Below, in pieces: positions 57,791 through 64,000 of a stretch of 64,000 nucleotides of DNA. This stretch comes from an uncultured Planctomycetaceae bacterium (lineage in GTDB: Bacteria; Planctomycetota; Phycisphaerae; Sedimentisphaerales; UBA12454). Each line of letters begins with the position of its first letter. The first letter of the stretch is position 1. The translations under genes were made by a program, and so were the position numbers. Under the pieces are notes generated by a model. The model ran no database searches, was not told the origin of the DNA, and saw only the letters and a list, made by a program, of their open reading frames with translations. The DNA lies in NCBI GenBank assembly GCA_964449435.1, contig CAYUYR010000004.1, positions 20,059 to 84,058 of the forward strand, written 5' to 3'.

Positions 57791-58579
57791 CTATTTAACC
57801 GAATTGAAATCCAATTCTTTACCGATTGCCCCTTCGACGTCAACCAGCGGCTCATCGATACTCAAAGGCTTTACTGCCTGCGGAGCATTCGGCTCTGCCG
57901 TTGCGGACTTGACTAAAACAACCGTCCCCTGATTATCGCTTAGTGTACTAAGCCGAAGCTGTGCCCTTGCCTGATATAATGTGCCTTTATATTCGTCAGC
58001 CTGTGCAATTTTTTCATAAGCGGCCTTTGCCTTCGCAAAATCGCCCATATCTTCGAGGCAAAGCGCTTTTCCATACTCGGCCATTGCCGCCGTCGTCGGC
58101 ACACCTTTTGCTTTTTCCAGTGCCTGTTCGTAAATCTTCATAGCCTGCTGAAGCTGATACTTGCGGACGTCCTGTTCAGCAGGTTTGGGCCTGTAATGAA
58201 GCTCGGTGCGAAGGGCCTCGGCGCGTTTAATCATCGCCAGAGCCGAAAGGGGCTGGTTCTGAGTATCTTCAGCGGCCAACTGATAACCGCTTGCCATATT
58301 AATAAAAATATCCGATGCTCCTACCCCTTTTTGTTTGCCCTCGAGCACTGTCCGTTTTTGCCAGCTTAGCTGATCCAACATCGATGCTATTTGTGCCTCT
58401 TTCTTGTCCCATACCCGGCTTTCCCTGCTGTAATAGAATATCGTGTAGGCGCTCAGGCCGACAACTACGACCACCCCGATAATTATCGTCGTTAGATTAT
58501 CGTTAAACCACTTTGGAAAATTCGCAATCCAGTCGGCCAATTCGTTCGTCGCCAATTCGTGCCGGCGTTCTGATTTCAT
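57791..58579 (-). CDS. Membrane-anchored TPR-like protein
   Basis: MKSERRHEL N-terminus, one TM helix, TPR-like helices. Confidence 0.7.
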   Translation of the reverse strand: MKSERRHELATNELADWIANFPKWFNDNLTTIIIGVVVVVGLSAYTIFYYSRESRVWDKKEAQIASMLDQLSWQKRTVLEGKQKGVGASDIFINMASGYQLAAEDTQNQPLSALAMIKRAEALRTELHYRPKPAEQDVRKYQLQQAMKIYEQALEKAKGVPTTAAMAEYGKALCLEDMGDFAKAKAAYEKIAQADEYKGTLYQARAQLRLSTLSDNQGTVVLVKSATAEPNAPQAVKPLSIDEPLVDVEGAIGKELDFNSVK

Positions 58580-58722
58580 CGTTTACCTCTCTATTTAGTC
58601 AACATTTACAATTACTAAAGGCATATATTATAACCATTTACCTTTATACTTGCAATATCTCTTTTACGGCACTAAAATTCAGCCTGTTTACGGGTTTATA
58701 TCAAAAAATACGGGAAAAACCG

Positions 58723-60510
58723 ATGTTCAAGAAAAGCCTATACTTATCCGCTTATTTCCTTATTTCTTTACTTGCCTTTACCTGTTTTGCCGAGCTTGAT
58801 AAAACGAAATATATCACCATTGACGAAATCGAACCCGGAATGGACGCCGTTTGCCTTACGGTCTATAAGGGTGTCGAGCCGGAAGAATTCCGTCTTAAGG
58901 TCGTGGACGTTATCAGAAACATACGCCCCGGCAAAAACGCGATTCTCGTTATGGGTATTGATGAGCGTTTCATCCACACAGGCCCGGTCGCAGGATGCAG
59001 CGGCTCGCCGGTCTATATAAATGGAAGGCTTGCAGGCGCTTTGGCTTTCGGCTGGACATTAAGCAAGGACCCGCTCTACGGCGTAACGCCTATCGAAGAA
59101 ATGCTTCGCACGGGCACTTACAGCGGCCAGCAGGAAACATCTGTCGTTTCGATTCTGGATTTTTCAAAACCAATCGACCTGAAAGACGCTTATAATCGCC
59201 TCATAAACTTCAGACCCTCTTCGTCTTCGCCCCTCGGCTCAATGACGTTCCTGCCCTGTCCGCTGGCGACGACTCTGCCGCAAAGTTCGTTTTCTACTTT
59301 TGCCGGAATTTTCGAATCCGCAGGCCTAATGCTCGTCTCAGCCACAAGCGGCGGAACTTTCCCGCAATATACCGATGTTAAAATGATTCCGGGCGGCACG
59401 ATTGCCCTGCCGCTGGCTTCCGGCGATATTGAACTGGCCGCAATTGGAACCGTTACCGAGGTCGTCGATGATAAGGTTTACGCCTTCGGCCACAGCTTTC
59501 TCGGCCAGGGCCCAATCGATGTGCCTATGGCAACGGGCTATATACATACCGTCGTCGCCAGCATCGCGCGGTCGTTCAAATTCGGCCAGTCAATCGACAT
59601 CAAAGGCGCTCTGTTCGCCGATGAGTCCACCGCCGTCGTCGGAAGCATCGGAAAACAGGCCGTTACTATCCCGATGAAAATTACCGTCGAGCGATTTAAC
59701 GATGAAAAAGCACGCACTTATAACTGCAAAATCGCTTCGCACCGCTATTACACGCCTCTTCTGGCCGGTGTGTGTCTTTCAGGAACGGCAACGATGTTAG
59801 GCTCTATTCCCACCGACCATACCATCAGGTACAAAACCAAAATCGGCATTGAGGGATACGCTCCTATCGAAATGGAAAACTTCTCGAGCTCCGCCGACCT
59901 TGCCGAATGTCTCGCCGACAATGTCGGTGCTGTAACTCTTGTTATGAATAATCCTTACGACAGACCGCGAATTTCTTCGCTCGATTTTGAAATTCAAATC
60001 CTGCCCAAAACTGCCGTCTCGCGTATATGGAGCTTCGAGGTTTCAAAGACAACTGTAAAGCCCGGCCAGACTATCGCCGCCGACATTACGCTCGAATCGT
60101 ATCTGGCCAGCAATAAAACATATAAAACTGAAATTACAATCCCGCAAAATATCGCTCCGGGCGAATATGCGCTCATCGCCTCCGGCAACGCCGATTACAG
60201 ACAGTTCAGCGCAGCCCTTGCCCCGCACCGCTACGAGCCGGAAAATATGCCCGACCTTATCAATATCATCAACGACATCGCGAATACGAAAAGAAATAAT
60301 CTTTATATAACTTTGACTCTGCCGGCAGGCGGAATAACTATTGAAAAATCCGAGCTGCCGCAATTGCCGCTCACTAAAACTTTGCTTTTGAACGACGAAA
60401 AACGCTCCGCTGCCGCAGCACCCGCGCAAGAATGGCTCGGCAAAACAATCGAAGTCGATTCCATCGTGCTCGACAGCAAAAGTTTTAAAATTACCGTTGA
60501 AAAACCTTAA
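58723..60510 (+). CDS. SpoIVB peptidase S55 domain protein
   Basis: Signal peptide; AGCSGSPVY; AFGHSF. Confidence 0.85.
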   Translation: MFKKSLYLSAYFLISLLAFTCFAELDKTKYITIDEIEPGMDAVCLTVYKGVEPEEFRLKVVDVIRNIRPGKNAILVMGIDERFIHTGPVAGCSGSPVYINGRLAGALAFGWTLSKDPLYGVTPIEEMLRTGTYSGQQETSVVSILDFSKPIDLKDAYNRLINFRPSSSSPLGSMTFLPCPLATTLPQSSFSTFAGIFESAGLMLVSATSGGTFPQYTDVKMIPGGTIALPLASGDIELAAIGTVTEVVDDKVYAFGHSFLGQGPIDVPMATGYIHTVVASIARSFKFGQSIDIKGALFADESTAVVGSIGKQAVTIPMKITVERFNDEKARTYNCKIASHRYYTPLLAGVCLSGTATMLGSIPTDHTIRYKTKIGIEGYAPIEMENFSSSADLAECLADNVGAVTLVMNNPYDRPRISSLDFEIQILPKTAVSRIWSFEVSKTTVKPGQTIAADITLESYLASNKTYKTEITIPQNIAPGEYALIASGNADYRQFSAALAPHRYEPENMPDLINIINDIANTKRNNLYITLTLPAGGITIEKSELPQLPLTKTLLLNDEKRSAAAAPAQEWLGKTIEVDSIVLDSKSFKITVEKP

Positions 60511-60538
60511 ACCCTTATTAAAAGGAGGTTTAAAACCA

Positions 60539-62743
60539 ATGTCCCGGAAAAACTTATTACTTCTTTGCTTCCTTATTTCCTTGCTTCCTTATAGCTGCTC
60601 CGCCGTTACGAGCAAAATTGCAAGGCACTTAACCTTTGACGACTTTTCGGCAGGAAAAACGGACAACACCGTTATTAGTTCACGCGGCACAATTACCCTT
60701 GCCGCAAGAACGCAGACTCTTGCCGACGATTTCGACAATGTATGGACGATTAACTCGATTGCCTGCAAAAACGACGGCACCGTATATATCGGCACAAGTC
60801 CCAACGGAAAAATCTTCGAATATAAAAACGGTAAAACCGTTTGTATTTATCCTCCTCATCAGCAGAAAAAAGACGGCCCTGCCAGAACGCACCTGACAAA
60901 CGAACACGTCTTTAGGCTGGCTCTTGATTCTAAAAACAATCTTATCGCCGGTATAAGCGGCGACAAGTGCCGTCTTATTCGATATGACGGCAAAAAATTT
61001 GAAACGGTTTTCGAGCCTGAACCAAATCAGGTTTTATATATTTTCGCTGTAACTCCAGACAAATCCGGCAATATTTTTCTCGGCACAGGCCCCAACGGAC
61101 AAATCTGGCAACTCGACAGCAACGCAAAAAAACCGCAGCTTGTTTATACCTGTCAGGACAAAAACGTATTATGCCTCGCATTTGACAAAGACGGCTCTCT
61201 TTTCGCAGGCACTGATACGAGAGGTCTGGTTTACAAAATCAATCCCGAAGCGAAAACCGCTTCCATCCTTTACGACAGCGAAGAAAACGAGATTACCGAC
61301 CTGCTTTTCGATAACAGCGGAAATCTTTACGCCGCCGCCACTTCATACCAATCCATAAAAGCTCAGCTAAAAGGCACACCAGAATTTAAAAAACCCTTTG
61401 CGCTCGGAAAACCTGAAGACGAGCAAGAACAGGCCGAATCAGCCGCCCCTGCCGAAACTAAAGGCGACTCGCTCGAAATCGCAAACGCACCGCAGGACGC
61501 CAAGACGACTGATATACCGCTTCCGCCGGAAATTGAAAGAAGACGTTCCGCAGGCTCCGCAAGCCGTATCTATAAAATAGACAAAGACGGTTTCGTCACT
61601 GAAGCCTTCCGCGAAACAGCCGCGTTTTTCGCGATGCACCTGCAAAACGGCAATATCCTGCTCGGCACGGGAAACAAGGCTCAGATGTTCAGCATAAATC
61701 CGAAAACCGAAATCGAGGCTATGATTTACGAGGACAAAAAGGCCTCGCAAATCACCGACATCAAAAAATTCGGAAGCGATGCAATATTTTCAACCGCAAA
61801 TCCCGCAAAGCTTATAACGCTCAAATCTGCTTTCGCCGAGCTCGGCTTTTATGAATCCGCTTTAATCGACGCCGGCCAGCCCGCGAACTGGGGAAAGCTC
61901 CAGATTGAAGCCGATGTTCCGGCCGATACGAAAATAATGCTCAGTGCAAGAAGCGGAAATGTCAGCGATGCGAACGACCCGACTTTTTCATCCTGGACAG
62001 AGCCGGTAAAAATAACCCAGCCGGTTGACCTTACCGTCCCACTCGGCAGATTTTGTCAGTACAAACTGATTTTAACCGGCACGGATACCGCCGCTCCCGA
62101 AATCAGACAGGTCGCCGCCGCTTATGTCATTCCGAATCTGGCCCCGAAAGTAACACAAATTACTATCGCCAAAGCCGATAAAAACGCAGGCTCGAGTGTG
62201 CGGAAAATCAGCTTCATTGCTGAGGACAAAAACGACGACCGGCTTATTTATCAAATCGACTTTAGGAAAAAAGGCCGCTCAGGCTGGATTAAACTCGTCG
62301 ATGAGCTTGACAAGCCGACTTTTGACTGGGACAGCAAAACCGTCGAGGACGGCATTTATGAAATCAGGGTTACCGCCTCCGACGAATTAAGTAATAATCA
62401 GAGTACGAAACTTACAGGTTCGAGAATAAGCGAACAGGCAGTCATCGACAACACCGCTCCGGCAATCGAAAGTCATCAGCTTGATATCAGCGGCGGCTCG
62501 GTGACTTTGACTATTAAAGCCGTTGACGAATTCAGCATTATTGACAGTTTCAGTTATACAATTAACAGTAATGAAAAATGGATTTCCGTTCTGCCTGATG
62601 ATAATGTCTTCGACACAAAAACGGAGAACTTCACGATAAAAGCGGAAAAACTCGAACCCGGCCCCCGCATCCTCGCCGTCAGAATATCCGATGCTGAGGG
62701 CAATACAATGTACAAAACTTTTGAGATAGATATTAAAAAATGA
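60539..62743 (+). CDS. Secreted beta-propeller protein with C-terminal beta-sandwich domains
   Basis: AGGAGG RBS; repeated YIGT.PNG.I / FAGT...G.VY motifs; DGIYEIRVTASD. Confidence 0.75.
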   Translation: MSRKNLLLLCFLISLLPYSCSAVTSKIARHLTFDDFSAGKTDNTVISSRGTITLAARTQTLADDFDNVWTINSIACKNDGTVYIGTSPNGKIFEYKNGKTVCIYPPHQQKKDGPARTHLTNEHVFRLALDSKNNLIAGISGDKCRLIRYDGKKFETVFEPEPNQVLYIFAVTPDKSGNIFLGTGPNGQIWQLDSNAKKPQLVYTCQDKNVLCLAFDKDGSLFAGTDTRGLVYKINPEAKTASILYDSEENEITDLLFDNSGNLYAAATSYQSIKAQLKGTPEFKKPFALGKPEDEQEQAESAAPAETKGDSLEIANAPQDAKTTDIPLPPEIERRRSAGSASRIYKIDKDGFVTEAFRETAAFFAMHLQNGNILLGTGNKAQMFSINPKTEIEAMIYEDKKASQITDIKKFGSDAIFSTANPAKLITLKSAFAELGFYESALIDAGQPANWGKLQIEADVPADTKIMLSARSGNVSDANDPTFSSWTEPVKITQPVDLTVPLGRFCQYKLILTGTDTAAPEIRQVAAAYVIPNLAPKVTQITIAKADKNAGSSVRKISFIAEDKNDDRLIYQIDFRKKGRSGWIKLVDELDKPTFDWDSKTVEDGIYEIRVTASDELSNNQSTKLTGSRISEQAVIDNTAPAIESHQLDISGGSVTLTIKAVDEFSIIDSFSYTINSNEKWISVLPDDNVFDTKTENFTIKAEKLEPGPRILAVRISDAEGNTMYKTFEIDIKK

Positions 62744-63591
62744 GAACTATATCGTTTGAAAAAATCGTTTCGGAAGTTGAAAAACTCTGCATAACTGCTG
62801 CTGTCGTTCTGCCGCAGGACGTCTTTGACGCATTACGGCAGGCCGAAAAAAAAGAGTCGAGCGATTCCGCAAAAAAAATCCTGAACCAGCTTATCGAAAA
62901 CGCGAAAATCGCAAAAGAAAAACAAATCCCTATTTGTCAGGACACCGGCCTTGCCGTCGTTTTCCTGCAAATCGGCTCACAAGTTGCTATCGAACCGGCT
63001 GGCAAAACCGTCATCGATGCCATAACTACAGGCGTATCAAGTGGTTATGAAAAAGGCTTTTTGCGTAAAAGCGTCGTCGCTCATCCTTTGAACAATCGCA
63101 AAAACACCGGCACAAACACCCCTGCCGTTATTCACACTGAAATTGTCTCCGGCGACAAAATCAAAATCACTTTGCTCGCTAAAGGCGGCGGCTGTGAGAA
63201 CAAAAGTCAGTTCAAAATGTTTTTGCCGACCGATGATGCGGAAAAAATTTCGGATTGGCTCATAAAAACTGTCGCTGATGCCGGCGCAGATGCCTGTCCG
63301 CCTTTTGTTGTCGGCGTAGGTCTCGGCGGCGATTTCGAACAGTGCTGCCTCTTGAGCAAAAAAGCACTCACAAGAAAATTAGGCTCGCAAAACTCCGAGC
63401 CGTTCTACGCTCAAATGGAAAAACAGCTTTTGCAAAAAATAAATTCTCTCGGCATAGGCCCTTCCGGCCTCGGCGGCGACACAACCGCTCTGGGAGTTTC
63501 GATTGAAACCGCTCCCTGCCACATTGCTTCGCTTCCTGTCGCGGTTAATATAGAATGTCACGCTCATCGTCATAGCTGCGTTGAAATATGA
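62740..63591 (+). CDS. Fe-S fumarate hydratase / tartrate dehydratase alpha subunit
   Basis: ICQDTG, KGGGCEN, ACPP..VGVG.GG, CHIA...CHA. Confidence 0.92.
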   Translation: MRTISFEKIVSEVEKLCITAAVVLPQDVFDALRQAEKKESSDSAKKILNQLIENAKIAKEKQIPICQDTGLAVVFLQIGSQVAIEPAGKTVIDAITTGVSSGYEKGFLRKSVVAHPLNNRKNTGTNTPAVIHTEIVSGDKIKITLLAKGGGCENKSQFKMFLPTDDAEKISDWLIKTVADAGADACPPFVVGVGLGGDFEQCCLLSKKALTRKLGSQNSEPFYAQMEKQLLQKINSLGIGPSGLGGDTTALGVSIETAPCHIASLPVAVNIECHAHRHSCVEI

Positions 63592-64000
63592 CCGGCAAAG
63601 AACGAATTTCGGCTTTACTCAAAGGCGAAAAGCCCGATAGAATCCCTCTCGCCTTTTTCACCGTCGATAGCGACATCGTTTCAGCCATCATCGGCAGAAA
63701 AACTTTCGTCCGCGACAAAACCGCTCAGCAAATTGCTCTCTGGCAGAACCGCCGAGACGAAATCGTCGATAGTCTCAAAAAAGACACTATTGATTTTTAC
63801 CGTAAAATCGATTTATGCGATATAATAACGCACAAAGATTCTATTATTCCTCCGAAAAACCTCCAATGGCCCAAAGCCGAACAAACGGACGACTCAACGT
63901 GGAAAGACGAGCTTGGCGGAATATACAAATTCTCCCCCGCCGGCAATGAACTCGTCTGCGTTTATAATCCGGATGCAAAAAAAACGTATCGGCCGGAAAA
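63588..64000 (+). CDS. Uroporphyrinogen decarboxylase-family-like protein, 5' partial (absent from the ORF track)
   Basis: ATGA overlap; MTGKERISALLKGEKPDRIPL; open to the window end. Confidence 0.65.
   Translation, partial: MTGKERISALLKGEKPDRIPLAFFTVDSDIVSAIIGRKTFVRDKTAQQIALWQNRRDEIVDSLKKDTIDFYRKIDLCDIITHKDSIIPPKNLQWPKAEQTDDSTWKDELGGIYKFSPAGNELVCVYNPDAKKTYRPE

Noticed and set aside
1286-63573. The many overlapping antisense or alternate-frame ORFs in the track (e.g. 1873-2337, 22434-23111, 39680-40570, 43479-44531, 46215-46841)
   Set aside because: Shadows of well-supported genes, with no motifs or RBS of their own.

Overview
Bacterial chromosomal window, most consistent with a Planctomycetota/Phycisphaerae-like organism (five PEP-CTERM genes, 1170-aa SecA, SpoIVB-like S55 gene; taxonomy is inference). 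It is mostly housekeeping: greA, rnpB, trxB, citrate synthase, efp, secA, tyrS, ispG, DAHP synthase, cysK, trkH/trkA, mscS, RluA-family, fumarate hydratase alpha. The main unexplained signal is a set of phage-type genes with no integrase, portal, capsid, tail or lysis genes nearby: HTH + ABC-ATPase + Mom-like GNAT, a ParB-like protein, a DUF1376-like replication protein with iteron-like repeats, a TerS-like HTH protein, an intact TerL with its own sigma70 promoter, and 23 kb away a cI-like repressor with a divergent operator switch. They are interleaved with greA and rnpB, which suggests a domesticated, dispersed phage-derived (possibly GTA-like) system or a fragmented prophage. Other observations: an RNase P RNA whose P3 and P12 share a near-identical 22-bp helix; two accessory cassettes bounded by diverged duplicates of host gene ends (secA 5' end around a type II R-M system, DAHP-synthase 3' end around GT39+cysK); a 25-bp REP-like hairpin inserted in frame in two proteins; 7/8-nt periodic repeats at gene starts; an internally deleted Fic remnant; a frameshifted PEP-CTERM anchor; three TA modules. 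No tRNA, rRNA or CRISPR array was seen. All family assignments are from motif recognition by eye; no searches were run.
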